DNA from: Phoronis australis
Lineage: Eukaryota; Animalia; Phoronida
Direction of reading: 5' to 3'
Assembly (NCBI GenBank): GCA_002633005.1
Contig: NMRA01000289.1
Coordinates: 339,739 to 403,738 of the forward strand
DNA: 64,000 nucleotides
Shown here: piece after piece, positions 51,676 to 64,000 of the stretch
Position numbering within the stretch: position 1 is the first letter of the stretch
How the letters are laid out: every line of letters begins with the position of its first letter
Program-made: the position numbers and the translations under genes
The notes under the pieces: generated by a model
Told to the model about the DNA's origin: nothing
Database searches by the model: none
Seen by the model: only the letters and a program-made list of their open reading frames with translations

Positions 51676-54231
51676 NNNNNNNNNNNNNNNNNNNNNNNNN
51701 NNNNNNNNNNNNNNNNNNNNNNNNNNNNNNNNNNNNNNNNNNNNNNNNNNNNNNNNNNNNNNNNNNNNNNNNNNNNNNNNNNNNNNNNNNNNNNNNNNNN
51801 NNNNNNNNNNNNNNNNNNNNNNNNNNNNNNNNNNNNNNNNNNNNNNNNNNNNNNNNNNNNNNNNNNNNNNNNNNNNNNNNNNNNNNNNNNNNNNNNNNNN
51901 NNNNNNNNNNNNNNNNNNNNNNNNNNNNNNNNNNNNNNNNNNNNNNNNNNNNNNNNNNNNNNNNNNNNNNNNNNNNNNNNNNNNNNNNNNNNNNNNNNNN
52001 NNNNNNNNNNNNNNNNNNNNNNNNNNNNNNNNNNNNNNNNNNNNNNNNNNNNNNNNNNNNNNNNNNNNNNNNNNNNNNNNNNNNNNNNNNNNNNNNNNNN
52101 NNNNNNNNNNNNNNNNNNNNNNNNNNNNNNNNNNNNNNNNNNNNNNNNNNNNNNNNNNNNNNNNNNNNNNNNNNNNNNNNNNNNNNNNNNNNNNNNNNNN
52201 NNNNNNNNCCCCCCCCCCCGATTTCTTGAAATTTCACGTTTAAGCGCCCATGTCTGGTTAACCGCCCACCCCCGATTTTTTGGGTTCGCCAGTTTAACCG
52301 CCCAGGGCGTTAACCCGAACGATTACGGTAGTATACAGCTTTGGGCCAAGGCTTGGGCAACCCCTATGTATACGATGGCCATCCCCTTAGAGGACACCTT
52401 TTTCGAAGACTTCGAACAACCAGGAGCCATACCAAAAGGCATGGCGAACCTTTTACACCAATGTGGCAAACAGTAAACAATAAAGAACGGATGATATAAT
52501 GATAAAATACGATGTAAGCTCTTCACAATATAAGTAGTCGAGGCTCTAGCAGCCACGTCACTTACGTATCAGCCAATCAGCGATCACTGTCAGGATTTCA
52601 GTCTTTTAATTGATAAAAACTATGAATGCGCTTTTGTTTAGCATGCTACTGGGGCAAATGTGAGATTCATTTATATTTTAGAACCGGTTAACTGTTGCAT
52701 TATTGTTACTATAGTGCCCTTTTAATGCCTTGAGTGCAGTTTACACTACAAAAGTTGACACTGATCAGCTGACACAGAACGAGATGTTCTAGTGCATTAG
52801 TATGTGACTGACCTGGAGCAAATTAACACCACAGTGACAACTTTTGCCACCCATTTGGGAGGTAGAGCAATTTGCGCTCAGTCATCTTGCTGTGTGTCAA
52901 TATTATATGTCTAAACACAAATTGGGGCAAGGCAGAAATCATCATATCTACTGCACTTATGCAGTGACCTACATGTGGGTTCTCTGTCTCTGCAACTGTA
53001 AACCTGGGCATGCATGTGCTTTTCATTCTCCAGCCTACAAGTTCTGTCTTGCCACAGTTAGTGAGTTCCTGTGTATGTAAACATCTCTTGACACTTGTCA
53101 ATTTGACCTGTGTCAGTTGTGCTGGGCCAAAAGTTGGCTTCTGGTGAAAATGCCCCTATTGTGGAAAATGCGACTGTCCGTCTAAAACGCTATGGTTTGT
53201 GCCAGTGCAAAATCGTTAGCATTTTCGCCACTCACCTAAGCCTAGTTCCAAAGTCTTTATAGATGGATTAAGTCGGTATGTGGTGTCAAATTTCATGTTT
53301 TTCAAATGCTAAACGCTGCCCCAGTTCTTACCTCATTTATTTTAAACCTGTTCACACTAGCGACAAAAGTCACTGACAGGTCCTATTCAGATCTCACCTA
53401 GACATTTACACCTGTTGCAAATTAGTTCATTGGTTACAAAATCTCACAGCCACATACGAACCTGTAGAATTTCATTCATGCTGTGCTTTCCCAGCTCAAG
53501 TTCTGCTGCAGAATTCAGAGGTGTAAATGGGCTTATTCAGGTCTATTTACACACTTGTGGGGAATAATTGAGTTAGGCTTTGTAATTATCTTCAAAGAAG
53601 AACTTCAAGGGCTGATACTTTAGGGATACAGTGAGGTTTTGTGTAAACTTGCATAATGGTGTCTGCCGACTGAGTTTGGTTCAAAATGTAACCTAGAATT
53701 TGTATTTTATGTCTAGTCATTAAACATTACTTCATATTTTCTTGGTCCTGGTTATTACAAACTTACCTGGGCTAATGTGTGATTTAGGTTGCAGATGTTA
53801 ATATTCCCTTTGAGTTGTTTTGACATCTGTTTTGATGTTTGCAGTACACATTTATGAAAAATTTTGGACTTTTGTGTTGCTGTTCATTGCTTTTATTGAA
53901 AAATGAAGCATTATTTTGATAAAGAAGACAAAATTTTGATGATGTCAAAACTTTGCACCTATCATAAATGGATACTTAGACTGCCAATCAAACCATATTG
54001 TGAGGATGATCTTTAATTTTTAAGAGATAACTTCATATGTGACTGAGTGGAGTTTATAAATTTATTATTTCTTCGGGTACTTCCTCTGTTGCAAATTTCA
54101 TTACCATACATTTTTATTAGATTTGACATTTTTTTTTACCTTGACCTGATTGCTGTGGGCTTTTGTAATATTTTTAATTATTCGTAGTTTACATGTTGTG
54201 TTTCAATTCAGTGTTGCCCCCACCCTCACCC

Positions 54232-54985
54232 TAGACTCGCGCTAGACTTTTAAAACTATCAGCCAAAAATGGCTATTTAGCATCGGAAAACTTTTCACCA
54301 TTTTCAAAAATTATTAGCCAAATACTTTCTCTTTTCCCAACACCCATAATTGATAAAAATACAGAACAAACTTGTTATTTTTCATGTTATGCACATGTCC
54401 TTTTGGTAATGCACTATAAGAAAAGGTGTTTGCCTTAAGAAAAAAACAAATGATCAGCATTCCAAGGTTATATAACAAAATCACTGGCCAGTGTTCGACT
54501 TGGGCTGTTGTGCAGAGAAAATATAATATAACTCATTAAGTAACAAATTGACATTTACTTCAGCTGCTTTCTTTCGATTGCCCCCCCCCCCGAAATAGCC
54601 TTCTATCCGTTGTTTTAGCATTGTCACGCTCAGACCACCAGCAGCAACACCTACACGAGATCTTGCTATGAAGCGAGAAATAACCATTTCCAAGAGTGCT
54701 GACCCCCACACAGATGAACATTTCATTGCGGTAAAAGAGTGATTTCAGGGGTAATGTCAGGCATGAACATTCGTTTGCTATTTTTAGTACTCGGAATCGA
54801 TGTAAGAATGTTGTTTGTGGCGCGACGTGATTCGAGTCGACAAGCGAGTAGGTTTCCTGAAATAAATTTTTATTGTTAAGTTGCGGAAGCATTCGTCAAG
54901 TTGGCAATCAGACTTAGTTCTACTTTTGTCAGTACTGCTCTGAATTCGCCAATAGCGAGCTGGCGATTGGCTAGCACAAGCCTCA
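54232..54985. mobile_element. hAT-like non-autonomous element with 8-bp TSD
   Basis: CCTCACCC (54224-54231)|TAGACTCGCGCTAG ... CTAGCACAAGCCTCA|CCTCACCC (54986-54993). Confidence 0.65.
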
Positions 54986-57900
54986 CCTCACCCCCTCACT
55001 CTTATGCTAAGCTTCATGTAGTTGTTATTGTTAGGACCATTGTATATGGTGAATAATCATCAGATTCACTACCTGGAACTGAAGAGTTTGAAGAGAGTAA
55101 AGCATTATGTAAGTTAACTCTGTTTGAAGTTTTATGCTTGTACAAGACCTTGTGACTTCCCATACCTATGTATTGTTACAGTGAACAAATTAACCAGGGT
55201 AATTTGAGGATGCTCAGTGAGGTCTGTACAGTCTGTGAATCAACAGTTACAGCATGTTGTCTCAATATTTGAGATTTGTCTGAATTCACGTGGCTGAATA
55301 GCATAAGCAGATCCGAGTTGCAGTCGCTATCGATCGCAAATAATGAACCTGTTCCACTGCGTCACATCAGTGGCTGTCATGTGTATCTGTATCTACCTGT
55401 ATTGTGGCCTTTCAATACAGTTGCCCCTCTAATCGCGTATACAAACAAAGTCGACATGGTGAGATGTAAAGAACCCAGCTTCATTCCACAGGACAGAGAA
55501 AACAACCTCTTTTTCGCATTTCTGGTGTGAGGTCATTGTATGTCTGTTTTTGTTACCTTTATTTTCTAATCTGCTCCGTTGCACAGATTCAACACGAGTT
55601 TTGAACTGTGGTTTGTGAATGCTGGTTTGGTCAGGTTACTATTCTTTTGAATGCATTTGGTGTGAAGCAGGGGTGAACAGAGGGTTGTGAGCTCAATGGA
55701 ATTCTTGGTTCTAGAATACTTACTTGCAGTTGAAGTTGGTTTAGTTTGTATAATCTTTGGTTCGACAGAAGTGAGAATGTGGTGGTCATGACAAAAATAG
55801 GGCTAAACCAATAGTGTGGGAAACTTTTTGAAGAAATCTCCACATTTGCCCCATATGAGTATTTTGAGGTGCATTTTTGATCCTGATATTGGGCAAGCAT
55901 TTTTTTCCTCATTATCCCAAATTTGCATGCACAAAAAGATTATTATTGGGTCATAATTAGCATAAACATAAACCACATCTCATGAATATCATGATCAAAT
56001 GTGGAGATTTTTTCTTGATTCTTATGTACGGTGGGGATGCTCAATTTGTTTTTTATACTTGCAAGGTCATTTCACTGGTCAAGGTCATGTGATAATTTAC
56101 CAATCAGGTCTATTTTCTTAGAATGCTCATTTGAACAAAGAGTGGCGATTTTTTTAAAACTCGCACGTTTTTTTGGCTTTAGATTTTCAGGGAAAATAGC
56201 TGTGATTGGAATATAATCGTGTGACCTTTTGACCTTGAAGGACCTGGTATGTATGAAAAACGAGCACCTTGGCTTGAACAAACATATTTCCAATTCAGAG
56301 TTTTGTCTTGTCTGCCATGCTTGCTAAATATATGGAGATGAAATAACTCCATGATTGAAAATGTTTCGACTTACATGCTGATATAGCTCACAGGTGAATG
56401 TATTTTGATTGATCTGCTTTTGAACAGCACAGTAATCATGACTCTTTTGAATTGATAGATCATGTGGCAAGTATTCTGTGCTCATTTTATAATTTGATGA
56501 ACATGTAATAGGTAATTAATGGCAATGAAGACACCCAAAATGTATTAAATGATGAAACATTTTTTTAACATTAAACTGACATCGCAATGTATTGGTTTAA
56601 GGTGACGTGTTTGTGTAAATATCCAGAAGATGGCAGTACTGTTCTTCCACGTTATTTCATGCATGACTGATTAATTGATCTGCTGAAGTAATTTCCTCAT
56701 GTTAAAAAGCATCCTGTCTGATTTTGATGATGTGATGTGATTCTACAAGTCACATCTTTGCTTTTTGTATGCAATTGAACAAGATGGGGATGATCTGCGG
56801 GAAAAATTCTTCAGTTTGGGACAAAAATAATAATGTTTTCTATTTTTCAAAGGCGTACCACATTGTTGCAAGTGTTCAAAATTTTATCATTTGTTAATAG
56901 CTATGCAATCCAAACCATGTCAAAAGCAAAGTAAGTTTTCCTGAAAGCCTTTGTTGTTAAGAAATTTGACAAAGTGAAATTTCATCTGTCCACCATATTG
57001 TGTCCCAAACTGAAGAATTTTTACTTCAGGGCATTTATTTTGAGCGAACTTTCAATCTGGTTAATTATTTCAATAATCAGTAAAATGTTTCTTAGAAATC
57101 AGTCGCACACAATTTTTGCTGTAATATGGTACTTTACTTATTTTAGCAAACATGTTGGAAACGTGAAATTATAATTTGTCAAAAATTTTCAACCAATAAG
57201 AAAAGTCTCCTTTATCCCAAGCATAGTTTGTATTGTTTGTACAGCAGGGTATGGCAACATTTGGTAAATTTCTGATAATTTTTAGCGTTTTGTCAGTCCT
57301 GTTTTGTCAGTCCTCGAAAAATAGAAAAGCACATGGTACTAATTAATTATTTTTCTAAGTACCAACTGATGACTGACAGCAGATGGTTGTTGAGTAGAGG
57401 AGAACATCTTCTAACCTTCAAATACTGTAAAATCTCATCTATTTTGGCCATAAGTAGCTGTTACACTTGTTGGTTATTTTTCAAGCTTCTAACATTGCTT
57501 TGAATGCCAGAAAATTTTCAAAACATAATGTCAGATGGTAGCTACCATGCAAAACATGAAAATGGTAAAAATAGCATTACTATTGTACTCCTTATCGCTT
57601 ATAAAAACAAAAGGTAAAATATCACTTGTCCAACAGTGTCCTAAACTGGTTCTCGTTTATGGTATTTGCTTTTGTGCATCACATAACACATATTTCTTAA
57701 GGCCACCCATTGTTACTGTAATCACTTTCTCCATCTTTTTCACACTAGTGAATCTATTCTGTTTAAGGTTCTAGTATATCCCCCAATAATAACTGGTGTG
57801 GTCCAAACATGTTTGGTACCAGGTTTATGCTCTTAAGTCCCGTCCCCACTCAGACTTACCCTAGAACATCTTGTACTTGTGCAGCTTACTTCACTTTAAG

Positions 57901-60656
57901 CAGGGTGTCCACACATATATGATAACAAGCCCAAGGCAGAAGTTGTTGCTCTGTGCAATTGACAATGCACAGCTGATGCAAATATGGCACACAAAAGAAG
58001 GTCACAACTGAAAATTACTTCTGCCTTGCCCCAGGTTTGTGGTCACACAGACATTAGAATTGGCACAAGTTACCCTTAGAACAAGTTATACTACCTTGAT
58101 AAGATGGAGTAAGTTGTCACAGGTGGGGCTAGTTCCACTAATTTAAATATCAGCAGATAGCCCCAAAGGTGTGGATGGATATTCATCAGTCATCAACACT
58201 GCTATTTGAAAATTGCCTATCACAATTCTGATAGTTCTGGTCCAATGCCTTTGAGCTAAATTACTCTGTGTGTATTCAGTTGCAAGAAACTAATGCACTT
58301 CCAGGGTTCACCTTGGGTTGGCACATGTCACTTTCCTACTTAGATGGTTTCTCTATCCTCAATCTTATGTTGGGAATGGGTTGGTTGAAACTTTTTGACA
58401 ATCCTGTAGACATCTCTCCTGGTCACTTACAAAAAATGCAGGTGAAATGATTTCTTGACTAGACTAACAAATTAAATATTCAAGATGATAGACAAAACTT
58501 GTGGACTGTCAAGAGTGTGAATTAACTATGTCATCTAGAATTTATTCCTAGAACTAATGGTATTCAATGTCGCTACTGGAGAGAAGTCAGTGGGAATGGT
58601 GAGAGGACGTGTAGTGGAGTTCCGATAGATTGTTTCAATAATTAGAAAGCACCACCTAAAGTCCAGACAGGAGTGGTAAAGTGCAAACATTATGTGAAAT
58701 TTGAGGATCGTTGTAGGCAGAGATTATATATTTTTGGTTACAAAAATTGGAAGGTATCGGAAAACTCAGCTTCAAAATTGCAGTTTGCTAAATGAGTTAG
58801 CGTCAGTAGCGTGTGTTCTGAACATGCAGCTTGTTGCTATACTATTGCGTCATTATAGTGAGAATCATTCAGATTCGAACTCTGTACCTCAGTAAAAAAG
58901 TCGATAGACTAGTTTCACTGCAGATGATGAAATTTAAACTTTACTTATAAAGAAGTTGGGGTTATTCTGTGATTATAAATCAATTGAGACCAGTTAGCTT
59001 TCATGAAATGTAACTTTGAGGTGTTGGAAGTAATTGAAGTTATGATTTCAAGGACGGAAAAATGTTGGCTACTTCCCATCAATAAGATGATTGACAATTG
59101 GCAATGTCTCAAATATGAGGGAACTAGCGAATGTCACATTGAATAAGTTTGTACTGGTGTTTGAAATTCATCTGTTCACCCATCGTTGAAATCATGCAGT
59201 TTATGTCCCTGAATACTGAATGTGCATATATGTGATTTTATCAACATCGTAAAAATCATGGATTTTTTGTTCAGAACTAATCAGCTGCTTCTTGAATAAT
59301 GAATGACATCAAACCTTTGGTATCTATGTGTGTGAGTAAAAAGTTTGGTCATTGTGTAGTTATGTGTTTTGTACTGACTGTTTGATTCTTTTTGTCACTG
59401 GGAAAGCCAGCCATTTCAGTGGACTGGGTTTTAAAGATTGTCCTCGCTGTTTTTTCAAGTCAGAAGTTAAATCAGTTGAGAAATTAATTTTATCTTCAGG
59501 TGAAGACTCGCTTGGATTTCACAATTATCCTTTTGATTATTTGTACAAAATCGTATGAACTATTATAGGTGTAGATAAGCATAGATGACTTTTGCTTAAC
59601 AGTAGTCAAGGTGTGCAAACTATTAACATATCAATTAATGTTTACAGACTATTCCTGAAAAAAATAAATGCAGTGGTTTCAAGGATAGCAGTGGTGGATA
59701 AATGCAAGTTACACTCATGGTACCCATTTTTAAATAACCACAGCCACAATTTTCAGAGGTGTGTTCCTTTAGAGGGCTTTACATTGAGGGTGACATAGGA
59801 GGCAGAGTAGTCATTTAGCCTATATATGATATGATCATCTCAATGGCTTTGGCACAAACTTCAGTGATTGTAATTATGACTTGAATCCCTGGGAGCATTT
59901 GGTAAACTCCATTTGTCGATTTCTGTTCAAGACTTCCCTTTTGTCACTTTGCTGGAATGAATGACCTTTGGAATTGCAAATGCTTATTGGTATCCTATAT
60001 ATTTCTTCCCATTTTTCAAAAGGCTAATGACTAGGTTAGCAGCATTATTGTGAAGTCTATTAAACTAGGTGGGGAAACCTTGAATCCAAGCTTACCAGAC
60101 ATTTACAGCTAATGGAGTGCTTTAACTGGCAATTGTCTGGTTTCTGTGAGTAAATTTAATCTTGCATTGAGTACCTCCTTCTATATTTATGCAGTGATTT
60201 AAGCATCGATTGATTCAATTTTAAATAAAACCCTGGGTAATCTGAATGATTGGGTTCAGGTATTGTTTCATGTCAGTATATGCATGTAGATATCAACATC
60301 CTGATATGAGATTTGGACAGAAGACATGTTTGCTGCTTGCTAAAGCTAGTTTTTAGATCCTTGAAGTTTGCAGCTGAGCAAATTCGTGCTTTAGTGAGAA
60401 AATTGACTAATGGATTGATCTGACACGGGTGAATCTGCAGCGATGGGGAAGGAGGTTTTTAAACCAGCGTCGCCATGGTAGTGTTATTTTGTCTCTTGCT
60501 TCCTAGAACCCCCACCTCCTGTGGATCCGCCACTGTCTTACATTTGTAAATGGCATCTTGAAACCATGTGTGTTTTGCAAGTCATGAAAGTTTTACTTTC
60601 CTCGACAGTGACATTTCTTTTAATTCTTTTCCAGGTTTTTGTTGCTCCTCAGTGAA

Positions 60657-60698
60657 ATGAACCAGTTGCAAACTCCGAACATTGGAAACAACATGTGA
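60657..60698 (+). other. Upstream ORF (MNQLQTPNIGNNM*) in the putative Rab23 5' UTR part of the exon
   Basis: ATG at 60657, ends in ATGTGA at 60693-60698; lies between the acceptor (60634) and the main ATG (60767). Confidence 0.55.
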
Positions 60699-60766
60699 CC
60701 TAATCCGACTTGCAGTTAAGGCATATTTTATCAAGGCAAATCGTTTCTAGAAACTCATCTGCCATC

Positions 60767-60921
60767 ATGAGGGAAGAGGACATGGAGACCGCCATTAAAG
60801 TGGTGGTTGTGGGGAACGGCGCAGTTGGGAAGTCAAGTATGATTCAGCGATATTGCAAAGGAATATTCACAAAAGACTACAAAAAGACAATTGGTGTTGA
60901 CTTCCTGGAAAGGCAGATAGA
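60767..60921 (+). CDS. RAB23: Rab23 small GTPase, first coding exon (gene continues beyond what is recognisable here)
   Basis: Translates MREEDMETAIKVVVVGNGAVGKSSMIQRYCKGIFTKDYKKTIGVDFLERQI, near-identical to the vertebrate Rab23 N-terminus (P-loop GNGAVGKS, switch I TIGVDF). In-frame upstream TAA at 60701. Acceptor ttttccAG ends at 60634. Phase-2 donor GA|GTAAGT at 60922 after 155 coding nt. Confidence 0.96.
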
Positions 60922-62712
60922 GTAAGTGCGAACTTTCGCATTGTGGTATGCTGTAGGAAGCTTTTTGACGAATTACATGGCTGCTGTTACCCTTTCTAGC
61001 AAGTGTGTCGTGTCAGGGCCCTTGTTATGATTGCTGTAAGGATAAGGGTTGATAAGTCCAGGGAAAAGTTACCTTTTTGTTATAAGGTACTGCAAAATAT
61101 GTGTTCAGAAGGGTGCAATGAATGTCTGCCATTCTGTGGTACATTTATGTTTCTCAAATTCTGGACGCTGCATTTTGTTAAAAAGTTTCCATTTGTGAGC
61201 TACAGATCTTAATAAACACAATGTGAACCTACTAAAAATAAAAACCCTTGTACTGAATGCAGTATGACCTGGTTGTGAACAGGCAACAAACAATCTGAAT
61301 TCTGTTGCAATTCTTCTTCCAAAATACATTGGAACGTTCACCATGAATATAATTTGTTTAAATAAAAATCTCCAGAAAATGAATGCCCAAGCAAGTACAA
61401 CACCCCCATTAAAGTCACTGGTCACTTGTTTCATGTTAAGGAATCACATTTGAACTAGACTGCCCCTTTGGCTGTTTCATCATTTGTGCGACTTTTGAAT
61501 CCTGAGGTTATTTTCCACACAATGCAGGGTTGGGGTGGGGGGATGGTGTTAGGCATTCAAAATCCAGACCACCTTGAATGCAATCCCTGGGCAACAGGGA
61601 GTTGAGTACCCACTGGGCCAAATGATAAAAATCTGTATATTTGACTATATCTGAGAGGGTGAAATAGTATATCTGTTAGCTACATGTCCCTAAACCTCCT
61701 CCTGGGTATTCATATGGACAAAAAGTTATAGTTTCCAATAAGGTTAAAAAGGTGTAACACAAGTGTGAAAAGATTTAATGCTTTCATGACAACTTTCATT
61801 CATTTTCTGCAGATGTTTTTGTAAATTATTGATTGGGTAGGGAATAATAAAAAATGTCAAACTTATCCCGAGGCCCTCTAGTGGAGGTTGTTACAATACT
61901 GCATTCAGGTTCAAATTCTTTGTAACATCAGCTGAAAGTCAAATAACCGCACAAAGATTTTTTATCTAAATCCGATAACACTACTGTGGGTACACGGCTT
62001 AACCCTGTTTCAAAGTTACTGTTTCCTTTAATAAATCTCATAAGTAGGGGACAAACAATGCAGTAGGTATTTCCCTTCAGGTAAAAAGGCAGGTTTTGAT
62101 TTAGATGAAGGCATGTTTGCCCTCTGGCAGTCAAACCTTTGATGTGAACCCAAGACATAATCTTTCAAGGGCGTCATCTTGGTAGCAGATCTTTTATGAC
62201 TGTGTCAGCTTTGGAGGTACTCGAAGGAAGTCATGGCAATATCACCAGTGGTGGTCAGAGGAGACAGTTATGGTGGGCTCATCTCTTGGGTTAAGGTGTT
62301 AATTAGAAAAGACAGGTGTGGGGGTCTTCCACAAATTATATGAGGGTTGCTGTAATACACAGGTACTTAGGTTAGGTGGTTAAAACTTTAGTCCCTCATG
62401 AGTGAAAAATGCAAGTCCCATCTTCTGTAAAAAATAACTTTGGTTGTGGCCATTTATCATTAGATTGGCCTCATTTTGTTCCATACTCAGATTAGATCTG
62501 ATTTCAAGTCTTGAGAAGAACTCAGAGGTTTCATTGTTTCTGGCCATGCTCATTAAGTTTACTTGTCACGGGCGTGGTGAGGGGGGGGGGGTGGAATAAN
62601 CTTATGAAGAAGGTTGTTTCTGATATGAGAACGTAGCAGCTTAAACTAAATTTTTTTCGTTAGTGATTGTCTTTTCTTGAGTATAAAACCTGACACCGAA
62701 GTAAGGTTTACA

Positions 62713-62748
<36 letters not shown>

Positions 62749-63348
62749 CTTTAGTTATAGAGGATGAATTACAATAAATTTTAAAAACATGCTTTAGCCA
62801 AAGGCTAATATACAGCATGATCCTCTCACGGCAATAAATTAAATTAAATATATTAAGATAGATTAAATCAAGTTACATTATATTAAATAAATATTTTACA
62901 ATTTGAATTTAGTAATCGAATTAAATATAAATTAGAACTTTGATATGATATACAATGAAATGACTGAAAACGAAGAGAGGAACACTTATGATNNNNNNNN
63001 NNNNNNNNNNNNNNNNNNNNNNNNNNNNNNNNNNNNNNNNNNNNNNNNNNNNNNNNNNNNNNNNNNNNNNNNNNNNNNNNNNNNNNNNNNNNNNNNNNNN
63101 NNNNNNNNNNNNNNNNNNNNNNNNNNNNNNNNNNNNNNNNNNNNNNNNNNNNNNNNNNNNNNNNNNNNNNNNNNNNNNNNNNNNNNNNNNNNNNNNNNNN
63201 NNNNNNNNNNNNNNNNNNNNNNNNNNNNNNNNNNNNNNNNNNNNNNNNNNNNNNNNNNNNNNNNNNNNNNNNNNNNNNNNNNNNNNNNNNNNNNNNNNNN
63301 NNNNNNNNNNNNNNNNNNNNNNNNNNNNNNNNNNNNNNNNNNNNNNNN

Positions 63349-63388
<40 letters not shown>

Positions 63389-63632
63389 CTTTAGTTATAG
63401 AGGATGAATTACAATAAATTTTAAAAACATGCTTTAGCCAAAGGCTAATGTACAGCATGATCCTCTCACGGCAATAAATTAAATTAAATATATTAAGATA
63501 GATTAAATCAAGTTACATTATATTAAATAAATATTTTACAATTTGAATTTAGCAATCGAATTAAAAATAAATTAGAACTTTGATATGATATACAATGAAA
63601 TGACTGAAAACGAAGAGAGGAACACTTATGAT
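62713..63632 (+). repeat. (TAA)n microsatellite plus AT-rich block duplicated either side of a gap
   Basis: 62713-62992 is near-identical to 63349-63632. Confidence 0.9.
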
Positions 63633-64000
63633 CGCATCCACAGGTAACTAATAAGTTTGTGTCTCACGTCATCATAACCATCAGCCTCCTTTAGGCTATT
63701 AGTGTATGGCAAGCTGGACCATGTAACATTAAGTTGGAATCACCGTTAATCGCCTGTGGAAAAATGCATGTTTGCTCAGCACTATTGGCATTATACAAAG
63801 TCATGGAGGCACTATATCTGTTATTTTAACATTTTGACATCCCTTGAGGTTTGTTCAGTAATTGTATTAATATGCAGCTATGTTTACACATCACAAAACA
63901 GCACTGGGCAGCTAATGTTACCAATGACTTTTCTAAGCTACCATTTTACTCCAGGTATGAAATGAATAGTATGGTGTAGCGTGTCACTGCCTCGGAAATG

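Noticed and set aside
57880-58450. NKPKAEVVALC, SAP/SWIM-like transposon ORF traces
   Set aside because: Could not assemble a consistent reading frame or find termini.
60469-60482. RFX X-box-like GTCGCCATGGTAGT upstream of the Rab23 exon
   Set aside because: Second half-site is poor and it lies within a short GGATCCGCCACTG-type repeat.
62713-63632. Direct repeats resembling LTRs around a gap
   Set aside because: No TG..CA ends or PBS; contig-end overlap at a microsatellite.
60928-64000. Next Rab23 exon (expected ..RLMLWDTAGQEE..)
   Set aside because: Not found in the readable sequence; it lies beyond the window or in the gap.

Overview
Repeat-rich, intron-containing eukaryotic (animal, probably marine invertebrate) draft assembly. 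It has four N-gaps (5600-6297, 20048-20748, 51676-52208, 62993-63348) and several single-N joins. The only clear host gene is Rab23: its first coding exon is at 60635-60921 (+), CDS 60767-60921, with a uORF. A candidate promoter and non-coding first exon lie near 34.0-34.2 kb. The rest is mostly nested DNA transposons: three TTAA-flanked Kolobok/T2-type MITEs; a Ginger-like relic splitting a HIRAN-like pseudogene; a CAC..GTG element with a 5-bp TSD (Transib-like); a Helentron-type HINE whose internal ~450-bp (3 x ~150-bp) repeat carries an array of same-orientation CTCF-like motifs; a decayed AcademH-like element (ZnF/transposase-like ORF facing RecQ-like helicase remnants) with two young non-autonomous derivatives, one with a 9-bp TSD; two copies of a CCCGGG-ended element with palindromic 31-bp subterminal arrays; and several smaller MITEs. 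All family assignments come from reading termini, TSDs and motifs by eye; no database search was run.
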